From NCBI GenBank assembly GCA_002269645.1, contig NIVC01000324.1, positions 3,012 to 67,011 of the forward strand: DNA of 64,000 bases, written 5' to 3'. The notes under the pieces are model-generated. The model searched no databases and had not been told where the DNA came from. It saw nothing but the letters and a program-made list of their open reading frames with translations. Of the stretch, positions 38,956 through 52,239 are shown in pieces. Position 1 is the stretch's first letter. Each line of letters begins with the position of its first letter. Both the position numbers and the translations under genes were made by a program. Source of the stretch: Macrostomum lignano. Its lineage: Eukaryota.

Positions 38956-41900
38956 CAGGGGTCGGCACTCCGGCCCGCGAAGCCTCTCTATACGGCCCTC
39001 GGGTTCTTTGAAACTTCAAAATAGCAATTCGGCCCGCTAAAGGTTTGTGGCTCTCTCACCTCTCTCTTCTCCTGTCCCCTCTCCCTTCCTCTCCCTCACT
39101 CTCTTCTCCCCCTCTACACTCTCCTTTCTCCTCTCTCTTCCCCCTTCTCTCTTTTCCCCTCTCCGGTCTTTTCCTCTCTCCTCTCTCTCCCTCCTTTCCT
39201 TTCTCTTTTCTCCCTTTCCTCTCTCTTCCCCCTCTTCTCTCTCCCCTCCTCTCCCTCACTCTCTTCTCCCCCTTACCTTTCTTCTCTCTTCTGTATTCTC
39301 ACTCTCTGATCTTCCTAGATTCTAGCATTGCTTTTAATGGCTTTATGAATTGTAGCCTTAATGACTCATTGCTTAACCTATCTTGGCCTCACCTGATAAT
39401 AGATACAGAAGTGTTAATAACGTCAGTGAATTAGATCTGGCCAACGGCCAAGAGCAATTGCATTTTTTGAAAACAACAACACAGAACGAAAAATAAGATA
39501 TATTTTGTAAACAATAAATGCTTACAAGCAATAACACACATAAACTGTAAATGAACATAAAAACAACGAATAGGAAGATCTTAAATTTGGAAAATTTTTG
39601 AAATTATAAGAAACCCAGTAAAACATCAACTGCTTTGTGGGTTAAGAAAAACATAAAACAAAATGTACGAAAATGCACCAAACGTCTAACAAAAGAAACC
39701 ACAAACAAAAAAATGCGACTCGAATTGAGCCTTAAATGTGATAAAAACTGAGTAAACATGGGACTGGTGGAATCATTGAAATGACCAACACTTTAACCGA
39801 ATTTTAGTGTTTTACTATTTTACGGGCTAACTAAAAAGAAAACAAACAAATTTCAGACTAATTAAGATATAAGCCTAAGCCAATGAAACGCTTGCTAAGT
39901 GACAAGTCAAATGAAGCACCATCATGGAAATGTTAAATCGTGCTAATTATAAGCCAACTTCAGAAGGACCAACCGGTTCCTATTAGAAGTGAAGGCTAAC
40001 CACCTCGCGTTGTCTTTTTCAACCAGCTCCAGACGTTCAATATGGCCACAAAGTCCAGTCTCCTTGACAGGAAGCTCAAACGAGTCAACAAAAACATCAT
40101 CGCCAGTTGAGATGACAATTTCATTGCCGGTCAATTTAACAATGAAGCCTTTGCTATCAATGGCCAGCCTCCTAACTCTCGCGGCCGCGTCAACGGGTTC
40201 CTCGTCATCGTCGGAGTCTTTGTCCGGCAGCGAACTGATGGCTTGGCCAGTGATGCCGCAGATTTTCAGCACCGATTCAAGAACGCCCCAGTTAAACAGC
40301 AGCAATTTGCTGCCGACAAGAGCTAGATCGGTGAAGAAAATTCCTTTATCGTGAAGAGGCCACAAGTCAATCACTGACAGCAGTTCGGAAGAGTCTTTGT
40401 CGATAGAAAAAACGCACTGCTTTGCCAAATCAAGGAAGCAAAGCTTGTCAGAATTGCCCGCAATGGCGTCGAACGATCTGCTGACGCCGTCAAAGCTGCT
40501 GCCACTGATCACTTTGACCAAACCGCCGCTAAGGTCAGTCACAGTTACAGTGCTGCGATGCGCCACAAACAACTGCTGACGGTTGCTGTCACAGTGCAGC
40601 CCAGTCACTTTACCTGACGTTGAGCTGAAATTGCACCCGACATTTAAAACGTTTTTATGCTCCGCTGAAAAGGCCAGAATGTTCTGCTTGTCGTCGGTTT
40701 GTCTTTCGAAAAATACGCACGGTGCGCCAAGAGGTTTAACGTTGCCGCGGCCAGTGCAATCAGCTGATCGCTTTACAAAACCGACCGAATCGACTACAAA
40801 GCCAGCTGTGTTGCTACAGGCTGCCAAGAACTTTGGCTCAGACTGAAGATTCACCTGGAACACTTGATTGGATGAAACAGGCGTGATATCAAGATCATCG
40901 ATATCGTCACCGCTATCGTCCAAATCAAGCCAGCAGTCGGTCATCACGCTGGTCATATGGTCGTCAATTGTAGACTGGAACTGTTGCACTCCAGAGGCCA
41001 CGTCGCCAAACAACCTTAGCCGCATCTCGGCTCTAGGACCAGCGTCGATGTAGTCACGCTGAAACTCTCGAAGTTCGTATCGCTTGTTATTAAAATCTTT
41101 GCATCGTTTAGAAGCGTCTACAAGCCAGGCGCTGTTTTTCTTGGATAGCTCCGCCAACTTTTTTATCTCCTGGGCGGCCAGGGCGAGCGAGGCCTCCTTC
41201 TCGCGGGTCTCAGCTTCGTCAGCGTCTGTCAGCCTCTCTGCCACCGATTGGTGCACCAACTGCAGTCGGTCCACCGTTTTCTGGCGCCACTGCTGCAATT
41301 TTTCCTGAACTGCGTTGAACATTTCGTTGACTTCCTGCACCTCGACTGTAAGAGCCTGCAGTTCCTTCATCATCTTTGCTCGTCGTTTTGCTCCGGGAAC
41401 TAGCTGTCTCATTTTCCACGATACATCAGCTGCTTGCTTGCGCACTGTCTCGGACTCCTTATCCAGGTGCTCCTGGCAAAGAACTTTATTGTTACCGAGT
41501 AAGCCAACTTCTACTGATGGATTGTCGCAAGATTTGACGCTGCAAGTTTCGCGTTGTTTTTTTATTGCTTCTCCACGACGTGGCATAGTAGTGAAGTGTA
41601 GTTTGGCTGAAAATTAGATTTCAATGAGAACCTGTGCTTTGTCAAATTGATAATAGGGTATAACTTGGCTGTTACGGTTGCTTATGTATTAAGAAATGCT
41701 TGAGTGGCCTAAAGTGACTTGGACTTATTGTAAGCGTCATTTAAATGTACATAGTATCTACTATTTGAGACTGTAATTTATAAAATTGATAAGATTGTAC
41801 TTTTACGACTAGTGCGAGCGACAAGCTCTCATCTCATCTCTTATCACATTCCCCGCCTCTCCTCTCTTCTCTCATCTTTCGTAGTTAATTCCCTTTCCTT

Positions 41901-41977
41901 TCCACTCTCATCTGGTCCGCAGACAAGAGCTGAATTACCTATCACGCCCTTGAAGCAAAAAAGTTTGCCGAACCCTG
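38956..41977. mobile_element. hAT-type TIR pair enclosing CT-rich tracts and an intronless gene
   Basis: Left end CAGGGGTCGGCA; right end (reverse complement) CAGGGTTCGGCA, 11/12 match. 8-bp flanks GTTTAGCG and CTTTAGGG (6/8). CT-rich tracts lie just inside both ends (39045-39310, 41825-41905). Confidence 0.6.
39943..41586 (-). CDS. coiled-coil plus beta-propeller (NHL/TRIM-like) protein, 547 aa, intronless
   Basis: N-terminal Cys/His cluster (CSVKSC...LCQEH, B-box-like), long coiled coil, acidic linker, then beta-strand repeats (VTGLHCDSNRQQLFVA, LCFLDLAKQCVFSID, VRRLAIDSKGFIV). Confidence 0.75.
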   Translation of the reverse strand: MPRRGEAIKKQRETCSVKSCDNPSVEVGLLGNNKVLCQEHLDKESETVRKQAADVSWKMRQLVPGAKRRAKMMKELQALTVEVQEVNEMFNAVQEKLQQWRQKTVDRLQLVHQSVAERLTDADEAETREKEASLALAAQEIKKLAELSKKNSAWLVDASKRCKDFNNKRYELREFQRDYIDAGPRAEMRLRLFGDVASGVQQFQSTIDDHMTSVMTDCWLDLDDSGDDIDDLDITPVSSNQVFQVNLQSEPKFLAACSNTAGFVVDSVGFVKRSADCTGRGNVKPLGAPCVFFERQTDDKQNILAFSAEHKNVLNVGCNFSSTSGKVTGLHCDSNRQQLFVAHRSTVTVTDLSGGLVKVISGSSFDGVSRSFDAIAGNSDKLCFLDLAKQCVFSIDKDSSELLSVIDLWPLHDKGIFFTDLALVGSKLLLFNWGVLESVLKICGITGQAISSLPDKDSDDDEEPVDAAARVRRLAIDSKGFIVKLTGNEIVISTGDDVFVDSFELPVKETGLCGHIERLELVEKDNARWLAFTSNRNRLVLLKLAYN

Positions 41978-43460
41978 CTTTAGGGGAAGAATATTAAAAA
42001 GGCTATTTGTAAACACATGGAGTTTAGGTATAATTGTCATTGAGTAACTGTGCAAAGTACACTAAAATGACACTTGCTTATAGCGCTGCTACATATATAA
42101 TCGGTAGTAAAACTAAGTAATTAATACCGTTAAATATAGAATCTTATAGACTTTTAGTAAACTTCCATATCTTAGATATATGGAACTTCCAACCTCTAAA
42201 TCCTACTAAACATACTGTATGCAAAAATTAATTAACGTCAAATGTTACAAATAAATTTGAGATTCATTAAAGCAATAGTTTTAAAGCAAAGCCAGACGCG
42301 TTGCTCTGCAAAATAAATTGTTAAATCTATTTTCTTTGAAACACACCAGGTAGGTCTGTCCAGGTAATAACTGACTTAGGTAACATTATATAGACTTTGA
42401 AGCTCAGATTCACAGACTGACAGAATAAAGCGAAAGCAAAGCTGTAGCCAACGCAGACTCTTGCGGTACAATTCGGAAAAAAGACGATCTATAAACTTTT
42501 GATATTACTACTTTAATAATAAAGTAAGTAGTGCAGTGTGAGTGTTGCGGAAAATACCAACTATAGGTGACGTATTGCAAAAAGTGGCAGAAACATTAAT
42601 AATAACAATAACAATTTTATTAATACAAATGAGTGAGACTTGGGTTAGAGAGATAAGCAAAATGCTATATCAATATATATATAACCTTTGAGTATTCTAT
42701 CCCATCGCGCTAATTGAAGTACTTTATGTTAAAGTAACACTTATTTTTGAAAAAAATACAAAAATATTTAAAGCCTAATTGCAAAAAATTCATTCGATAT
42801 CTTTGCAATTGCGAAATTGCAAAGGTATCGAGCTATTTCAACTATTCAATAGTTGAAAGTGGAAAATATGAAAAATAATAGATTCTTTTTTTCTAAGTGC
42901 AATTGCAACTTAAATAAAAGAAAAAAGGTCACCACATTTATTAACAACATTAAGCGACTAGCATTATGACAGTACAAAAATTATTACAACAGGATAACTA
43001 ATTAATACTTTATTCTGTAGGCATAAAATAAAAAGTTGTCTCTTCACTTCAAGCAATAAAATTGATTGCAGCTTGAATAAGTTTTTTATTGAGGTATAAC
43101 AGTCGAATTACGATGACATGAATATAATGATTATCAAGACTTTTAAAGAGATTGTTAGTTTATTTTGGCCAAAATCATATTGTCAATTTATGGACCATCT
43201 GATAGTGCGAGAAAATAGCTGTATGCCTAACAATATATAAAATCATCTATATTTATTCTTTTAAATGAGTAAGGAACACCTCGACCTGCTAAACTTAACT
43301 TGAGAAACAAAAATAAGTAAATAAATATATTGCAAAGAATGACTAATGACATATTTTAATATAGTGTGTTTTAGATTTACTCAGTAGTTAAGTTTAAGTT
43401 AAGTTTAAAAGGGGTACAATATGCTTCTGGCTAACTAGAGCGCTTTAACCATAACCTTAT

Positions 43461-43670
43461 GTACGGCTGTTCAGTCCAAGGACTGGGGGGTCGCCACACA
43501 CACCCTCAATTACCCCAGCTAATGCTGGCACCCATCTTACAGCAGGGTGAACTGAAGCAATGCAGAGTTAAGTGTCTTGTGCTCAAGGACACAAATTGGT
43601 CCAGTGGGATCGGGAATCGAACCCCCGACCTTCAAGTTTGAGTCCGACGCTCTGACTACTAGGCTACAAC
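43461..43670 (-). mobile_element. tRNA-derived CORE-like SINE, copy 2
   Basis: Reverse complement matches 304-520 end to end (A box, GGTTCGATTCCC B box, CORE-like domain, GAACAGCCGTAC tail). Confidence 0.78.
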
Positions 43671-43878
43671 CCGCCTTCCGCATTCATACACACGCTCACA
43701 CAGGGTGTACACAGGCAAGAGTCAGAGATGCGCCCAACCCTGCGATGTAGATATGCAAAATGAAACAAAAACATTGATTGGAAACAAGCGATTTATAGTA
43801 TAAAAAATGAAGGACGAGAACAAGAATCGAACAGAGTTTTATCGACAGTCTAACTGTTTAACAAACCAAAAAAGCTGC

Positions 43879-46800
43879 TCAATGATCGTCATTAAGCATC
43901 TGCTTCATCAGCAACTGCTGGTCCTGGTAACAGCGAGAACACAGGAAATTGGTCTCCTCTCGAGCGAACATGTCGCAGTTCGGGCCGACACACTGCATCA
44001 GAGCCGAACGGCGCATTTGTTGGTCGATAATTTCGGCAGACCGGCGCTTCTGTAATTCGTCTAATTGTGAGAACCGAGCCATAGCCGAGGTCAGGTAGCT
44101 GCTAACTGCGTCAGTGAAATGTGGCGGTCGATTAGTAACGCCCAGGTGGGCGCATAGCAACCCGGTTGAGGCGCTATCCAGTAGCGCCTGGTCCGCCACC
44201 GAGGAGGCATCAGCTGATGAAGCTGGCGTTGCAACCGACGGCCATTTACTAGATTTACCTGTTCGCCTAATTGGTAGACGCTGCTGCATGGCTTTGAGCA
44301 GTTGATGGCCAAGAGATCGGCTCGGGTTCTGTTGGCCCTGCGACTGGGAAACAAGGACGGGAGGGGTAGGTGTTAGTACGATAAACTAGTACTAGTATAA
44401 CATGATCCACTACGTTACACTGTTACACTACATGTTACAGTAGATGTTACACTATACTTTACAGTAGCTCTTACACTATATGTTACAGTAGCTGTTACAC
44501 TATATGTTACAGTAGCTGTTGCACTGTATGTTACAGTAGCTGTTACACTATATGTTACAGTAGCTGTTGCACTGTATGTTACAGTAGCTGTTACACTATA
44601 TGTTACAGTAGCTGTTACACTGTATGTTACAGTAGCTGTTACACTGTATGTTACAGTAGCTGTTACACTGTATGTTACAGTAGCTGTTACACTACATGTT
44701 ACAGTAGCTGTTACACTACATGTTACAGTAGCTGTTACACTATATGTTACAGTAGCTGTTACACTACATGTTACAGTAGCTGTTACACTACATGTTACAG
44801 TAGCTGTTACACTACATGTTACAGTAGCTGTTACACTACATGTTACAGTAGCTGTTACACTATATGTTACAGTAGCTGTTACACTACATGTTACAGCAGC
44901 TGTTACAGCATCTGTTACACTATATGTTACAGTAGCTGTTACACTACATGTTACAGTAGCTGTTACACTACATGTTACAGTAGCTGTTACACTACATGTT
45001 ACAGTAGATGTTACACTACATGTTACAGTAGCTGTTACACTACATGTTACAGTAGCTGTTACACTATATGTTACAGTAGCTGTTACACTACATGTTACAG
45101 TAGCTGTTACACTACATGTTACAGTAGCTGTTACACTACATGTTACAGTAGCTGTTACACTACATGTTACAGCATCTGTTACACTACATGTTACAGCATC
45201 TGTTACACTACATGTTACAGCATCTGTTACACTACATGTTACAGCATCTGTTACACTACATGTTACAGCATCTGTTACACTACATGTTACAGCATCTGTT
45301 ACACTATACTTTACAGTAGCTGTTACACTACATGTTACAGCATCTGTTACACTACATGTTACAGCATCTGTTACACAACATGTTACAGCAGCTCACCATG
45401 CCCCCTGGATACAATCCATCAACACCGCCGCGCATTCTACGACAGTCGAGAGTAGCAGATCTCTGCTGCAACTGCGAATGCAACTGTTGTTGCTGCTGCT
45501 GCTGTTGATACTCAACAAAGCCGCTATCGTCTGCTGAAACAGCACCGACTGTTGCCATAGACAACTGCGCCGCATTGCCAACTGAACTACCCGAACGAGT
45601 TAGTCCAACTACTACTGGGCGTTGAGTAACAGCAGCAACGGCAGCCTGAGCGACAGCCGCCGGAAGCGGCTGCGGCGGAGCCACAGGCAATCTCAGAGTT
45701 GAGCATCTCAGATAAGAAGCCAGCAGTTTAGCTCGAAGCCTGCCGCCCATTTCTGTATCGGGCGTCGCCACTGGAGCGTCGTTAACAACAGCCGCAGCGG
45801 CAGATTTCGACGACCATTTCCAGTGCGGCCCGGGATCGGCACTAAAGTGCAGAGGCAGCGGGGTGTGCAGATCGCAGCAGCACAATGGAACAGCGTAGGG
45901 CAAGTTTACAGCAGTTTCCATGGGAACCAATGCGGAGAAATGAGCTGCATCGTAGGCTAGCAATACCGGATGCTTAGAACAATGCTCTGGTTTCTCTAAC
46001 AGCGGCAGATAGATTCCGGCAAACGGTATTGGAGCTAAATTGTCACCTTCGGAGTCTTTGACAAACTGATCGGCTATCACTATGATGGGCCGGCGGAATA
46101 CATTGGCGGCTACGAATACGTGGATTTCTTCTAGAGAATCCAGCTGATGCTGATGCTGCTGACCGATCTGCTGCTGTTGTTGCAGCTTAGGCTGGGCGCT
46201 AGCCAGTTGTAGCAACGATTTCCATTCCGATTGCCATTCCGACTCGCTTAATCTCAGGCCCGTGGCTCGGTACAGCTCCCGGGCTGTCTGCCATCTCCAG
46301 CGCCTGTACACAGCTGCACTATGAGACAGCAAATATTCGTGCAACGCGCTTCGGAATACCAATTGACGATCGTGGAAGCCTAGACTGCTCAGACTGATAG
46401 CATGTAGAAGGCAGTTGCCATCGCCGCTCGTTTGCAGAGGCCACAATCGTTGGGACAGGCCAAGGTCGTGCCTAGGTATTAGTGTGAGGACTTACGCGTC
46501 AGCTGCTTGTACTCTAAGCATATTAAATCTCTAGTCTACCTTCAGGAAACTGGTAACAATGTCAGGCAGAATCCCTAGTTTACTTTCAGGAAAAAGTAAC
46601 AATGTCAGACTATATCTCTAGGTAGTTTACTTTCAGGAAACTGGTAACAATGTCAGGCTACACCCCTAGTTTACCATTAGGAAACTGGTAACAATGTCAG
46701 GCTACATCCCTAGTTTACCCTCAGGAAACTGGTAACAATGTCAGGCTACATCCCTAGTTTACCCTCAGGAAACTGGTAACAATGTCAGGCTACACCCCTA

Positions 46801-48048
46801 GTTTACCATTAGGAAACTGGTAACAATGTCAGGCTACATCCCTAGTTTACCATTAGGAAACTGGTAACAATGTCAGGCTATATCCCTAGTTTACCATTAG
46901 GAAACTGGTAACAATGTCAGGCTACATCCCTAGTTTACCATTAGGAAACTGGTAACAATGTCAGGCTACATCCCTAGTTTACCCTCAGGAAACTGGTAAC
47001 AATGTCAGGCTACATCCCTAGTTTACCCTCAGGAAACTGGTAACAATGTCAGGCTACACCCCTAGTTTACCATTAGGAAACTGGTAACAATGTCAGGCTA
47101 CATCCCTAGTTTACCATTAGGAAACTGGTAACAATGTCAGGCTACATCCCTAGTTTACCATTAGGAAACTGGTAACAATGTCAGGCTACATCCCTAGTTT
47201 ACCCTCAGGAAACTGGTAACAATGTCAGGCTACATCCCTAGTTTACCATTAGGAAACTGGTAACAATGTCAGACTACATCCCTAGTTTACCATTAGGAAA
47301 CTGGTAACAATGTCAGGCTACATCCCTAGTTTACCATTAGGAAACTGGTAACAATGTCACGCTATATCCCTAGTTTACCATCAGGAAACTGGTAACAATG
47401 TCAGGCTACCCCTTACTACTAACCAATGGTAGACAAAATTAACCAAAAGTAAACTTACCACCAATTCAAACAACCAGCTTGCTCCAAGTTAACCAGAGTC
47501 CCCGTATCCAACAGTTCCTTCTCCAAAAAGGCTCGAAATTCCAACGGATAAGTTGACAAGTCAGGCAATATGAAGGAATAACTACCATTGGCGCCGCAAG
47601 CACTACCATTTCGTGACAGGCTGCGACCATTGCCAGAATTAGAGCAACCGCTACCAGCTGTACCGCCACATCCGCCATTGTTGTTTACCCTCCTACCCGG
47701 CACATTTTCCGCTTGCACAACAGCCCTATTCGATGCCAACACTTCGTCAAATGCGCACGAGAAGCCGCGTTGGGTGCGAGATTCTACGCTCGAAGAGGCT
47801 GAGGAAGAATTTATAGCGGCACAACGCGCCGACACCATTCTGGATGCCTCGCCTACAGCAGCTGGCATGCTTGGTGACTGCTGCATCTGTTGCTGCTGGG
47901 CCGGCGAGTCTTCGCTACTAAAAGCGCTGCTGCATGCGCTACTACTGCTACTACTGCTAGTAGCGGTGCTACTATTACTTCCGATTAAATTGGCATTGGT
48001 TTTGACAGTTAATGGCTCCGGTTTGCTATCTAAATGTACAGTGTTCAT
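43879..48048 (-). CDS. OTUD7B: OTU deubiquitinase of the Cezanne/OTUD7 (A20-family) type with C-terminal A20 zinc finger; at least 3 exons, ~709 aa
   Basis: Exons (-): 48048-47459, 46471-45397, 44343-43879; phases match, 2130 nt. LEQAGCLNWW/HDLGLSQRLWPLQTSGDGNCLLHAISL...GFHDR, LEEIHVFVAANVFRRPIIV, IYLPL, LAYDAAHFSAL. A20 finger CVGPNCDMFAREETNFLCSRCY. An acceptor at 48051 suggests an upstream exon. The symbol indicates the OTUD7A/B family, not proven orthology. Confidence 0.88.
44421..45390. repeat. 24-bp tandem minisatellite (TGTTACAGTAGCTGTTACACTACA), ~40 copies, filling an OTUD7 intron
   Basis: Directly visible; starts about 6 nt from the donor at 45396. Confidence 0.95.
46540..47408. repeat. 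44-bp tandem minisatellite (AGGAAACTGGTAACAATGTCAGGCTACATCCCTAGTTTACCATT), ~20 copies, filling an OTUD7 intron
   Basis: Directly visible. Confidence 0.95.
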
Positions 48049-51000
48049 TGCTGCATCAAAATAAGATTGTTCATGTCATGAATTGAATTTATTGATTTGG
48101 AGTTTGGTAGTGTATTTGGTTATAAAATTGTACAATTTACAGGTTTTTTTCCTGGAGCTCCACACTTATTCAAAATCCTTGAAGTCTATCATTTTGGTTG
48201 GGAATCAGTTTCATTTTTACTTAGCTAGTGATATTTGGGATAGATAAATCCCTCTACATAGCTCTTTTATCTGAATTCATTATACAACATGGCTCTAGCA
48301 CTATTTGACTGTTTTTCATCTGTCTTACCAATATTTAGATTATCTTTACCTTCTTACTAGCCAAAAAATTAAAACTAGCATAAGCAAGAAAATCAAACCA
48401 AAGACACTAAAAGTTTAATTAGAAAATATTTTAAAAAATATATTATTTGATATTTTTCGAAATTAATATTGTGCAAAATGAGTTAAACATAGTATATTTC
48501 TAGAAGTAGTGCAATTGATGTGTTCTACATCAAAATTTCAAGGGAATTTTTAGTTTGATAGCACTATTTAGCTATTAAATAGCCACTGCTGCAACAGTTA
48601 AGCATGGCATATTCAAGGATAGTTATTTAAGGTATTTTAGTAAATGGAACAAGCTGTACTTTTTGTAAAGACTTAACCATTTGACTAAATTATTTATACC
48701 ATATCAACTGAGTCATTTATTATTAGGTAATCTTTAAAAAAATTAGGTCAATAATGAAGAAATGGAACCCAGCCTATGGTAGCAAGGAGTTTTTTCACGT
48801 GAAATCAAGTCAAATGTTGACTTTGTTGGTATTATGTTTCTGCAGATTTGAGTTTTTACACTTTACCCTCCTTCCTATTGCCTATTTGACTATTGTCTAA
48901 GTGACTTTGACTTTTAATACCCTGTGGTTCAGGTAAATAAATAATGCAAATAAACATAAATTTCAAATTTTTATCTAAATCTTAAGTACTGCTGAATGAG
49001 ACTGACAATGGCCAAGAAACAATGGCTTATGTAAGGTATAGGAGTTTTAAAAAGTGCTTTGTTGACTTACTTTTACAGTTGGCATATCATGTTCACAATG
49101 GTAAAAGATAGTATATAATATGAATACATATGCGTGTTACTGATTTTTTTTAACACCATGTTTTTTATATGCATTGCAAGAAATTCTATCATTATATTTC
49201 AGATTATATAATTAGTTTAGTTATAACAGTAGCACTATAACAACCATTTAGTTAAAGCATATTTTGTTAAATAAATTTATCAAACTATCATTTCGCAACT
49301 GCTTGCAACGAAGTTGGAATTTGAAGTGCATTAACTTGTCAACCCTCTTTACACATATCTATAGACTGAGTTAGCATCTAATGTCTATATCTATATACCA
49401 AGGACACACCTAGCCTTGTTGCATCTTGTAGCCCCTTTAGTCTAAGCCTAGCAATACATTGTTCTTAGCAACAAATTGGTAAGGTATTTTGCAAGTCATA
49501 GTCCAGCAGAAAACTGGTTATTTTTATCAACAATCATGGTCATTGCAAGTTCTAGCCTAGTAGCAATTTTTTATCTGCCTTTAATAAAGCTACTAATGCA
49601 GCCTCTGGTATATTCAAGGAACCACAAGCCAGACCACTCAAGGTGGAAACTGCCTGCTTTAATTTTGATGCCCATTCCTTGACACAAATGCATGTTGAAA
49701 TTTAGAGAAAACTAGGTGTAAGTTTAACTACCTCTAAAGGTCAAATATATCTGCCTTATTAAACATTGACATTTAAATACTATACAAAAGCATCTGCAAA
49801 GGCATGACATAACAAATGGAAGCTAGCTTCAAAGAATTGTGTTTAAACTATTTTGTACCCATGGCATGTATACAGATAAGCAAACTGGTATCATAGACCA
49901 ATAAGAATTGGCAAGATAGCAATGCAGTTACTAGGTTCATCTAAGGCTGAGTCTAAGTCTCAAATAGACTATTAAAAAATTGAAAAAGACCAAAAGACAT
50001 GCATAACATATATACTATCATCAGATAGAAACTAAGAAGAACTTAGTTAAATTAGTATCTCTATTTTTTCTATGGCAATACAGTGGCTAAATTGTAGCTA
50101 TGCAATAGTTGCAAGGGAGCTGGCCATTATAGGCCATTTGTAACTGGCACATTAGGACTATATTTAAATATTGATTTGTACTTTCTATTTTTAGGTTCAA
50201 AATGAAACTATATTTAGGTTGACAAATGCAAATTTGTCTCCATATGTTAGTTTTTATGTTCTATTTAGTATATAGCATTGGTTTTTCTTTGGAAACCTCA
50301 AAGGAGCAAAGATATATTTTAGAATCCAGCCTTATAGATAGCAATTATACAAATTGTTCTTTCCTTCTGCTACAATTATTCAACAAGCATGATTGTTATT
50401 TTTTGTTGTATAAGAAATTTGCTAATATAAGAATATGTTGTATAATATTGTAAATATGTTTATTTTAGAAGACTTTTTGATATTGCTAAAGGAGATAGCA
50501 AGCAGCTTTTAATGGCTTTGTACCTTTATATCACTTGGGTATATTTTTACTACTCCTTGATTTCAATCACCCACATTAATCTTTAGGCATGACCTTAATT
50601 AGACTCAACGATAAAGGATATTTCTAGCAATTAGACCTCTTTGTCCATTGGATGGAGTGCTGAAGGAATATAAAAGGTGAAATTTAATTATGCTATAGAC
50701 TTTGATTGTAAAGCTATATCCTTGCTATTTGTCTATTGCCATTGCCTGCTTATCTTTTTATTTTCCTATTCCCCTTTTGTGCCCCATATTTATTTACATT
50801 TATTCATTCTGTTGATTGTCTTGCTTATCTTGCTCCCTTTTTTGTTTACTCTGCCTATCATTGTCTTTTTTCTTGCCCCCTTCAAGACTTCCTTGCAATG
50901 CCTAACAATTTGCAATGGGAAACATAGCAACTCTCCAAGCTCCACCATGGCCCTAGAAAGCCCCAAGCCACACTGTGCAACATGAAACACCCTGGCTAAT

Positions 51001-52208
51001 AGAGGCAAATGCAAAGTATACCCAGTTACTTGTGGAGGCTATGTGCCAAATAACTATATATATTATCAGTAAATAGCTAAAGATGGCCTTATTCTGCATA
51101 TATGTATGGCACCTTGGCACTTTAGTATATGTAGGAATGAGACTATTACTCTTTCTTTGTGAACTTTTGTATAATTAATTTGTGCCCCAGGATAGGACAC
51201 TGCAGGCTATTAAAAAGTTCTATATGATTTAATACTTGTTCTTTTATTGGCCTTACTTCTGGTCCTTTTAGTGGTCCTCTCTTTCTTTTTTGTGCCATGG
51301 ATCCAATTGCTCTTTTTGGTTTTTTCTATTTCTGCATTCATTTATTGAAATGCCATATATGGGATCAATATTGGATCTCCTATTTTTCTATGTTGCCTTA
51401 ATGTTTTTGCTATATGCCATAGATGTAACTTGCTAATTTTATTCTCTTTTTGCTTGCTCTCTTTTCTTTTTCAAGTAATTACTTTTACTATTAGCTATAT
51501 CAAAATATATTTATTATTGTAATTATGCTTATGATATCATTATTATACATATTAGGCCTACTTATAAAAATATTGTTTTTCAATGAAGAAACTATTCATT
51601 TTTATTTTCTATATTGATTTCTAATATATCATTATATGTGCTAATAAAATTTTTTACAATCTAATAGGTGGTCTTTTTGTTGTAGAAATTTTAGTTAATA
51701 TTATAGATTATAACACTCCTATTTTAGCCATTTATGCCTGTTGCTATTAGGCCTAGACCATTTAAGTTTCATTGAAAAAATGTTTTAAACTGCAATAGAA
51801 AACTAACTAAATATAAACTTAATTTAATAAACTTAAATAAAAATGTCATCTTTTTTGGTTTTATGCTTGGCTTAAACATAAAATAAATTAACAAGTAAGA
51901 TGCCTATGTTTTGCTTTGTATTTTGGCAAATTGCCAACAATATCAAGATGAAAGCTAATAAATAACAAAATGTTTGATTCTTCTGATTCACAAAATTTGT
52001 AAAAGTAGGCAAGCCAAAACAAATAGATCATATAAACAAAATCATCATTTATTGTATTTAGTCCTTTTTATCAAAAAGTAAATGCTCAAATATTCACTCA
52101 AGACCAAAGATTAGTTAAGTTTCAGGCCTTTTTAAAACTTGAAAATTAAACAAACATCAACCTTATATCCTCTTATATTTATTTATTTCATATCCAGCAG
52201 TAGTAACC

Positions 52209-52239
<31 letters not shown>

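Noticed and set aside
47588-48064. Plus-strand 158-aa ORF with a Leu-rich tail
   Set aside because: Antisense shadow of the Ser-rich OTUD7 exon. Other shadow ORFs over gene 1, the LINE and the ORFs at 35001 and 39943 were rejected for the same reason.
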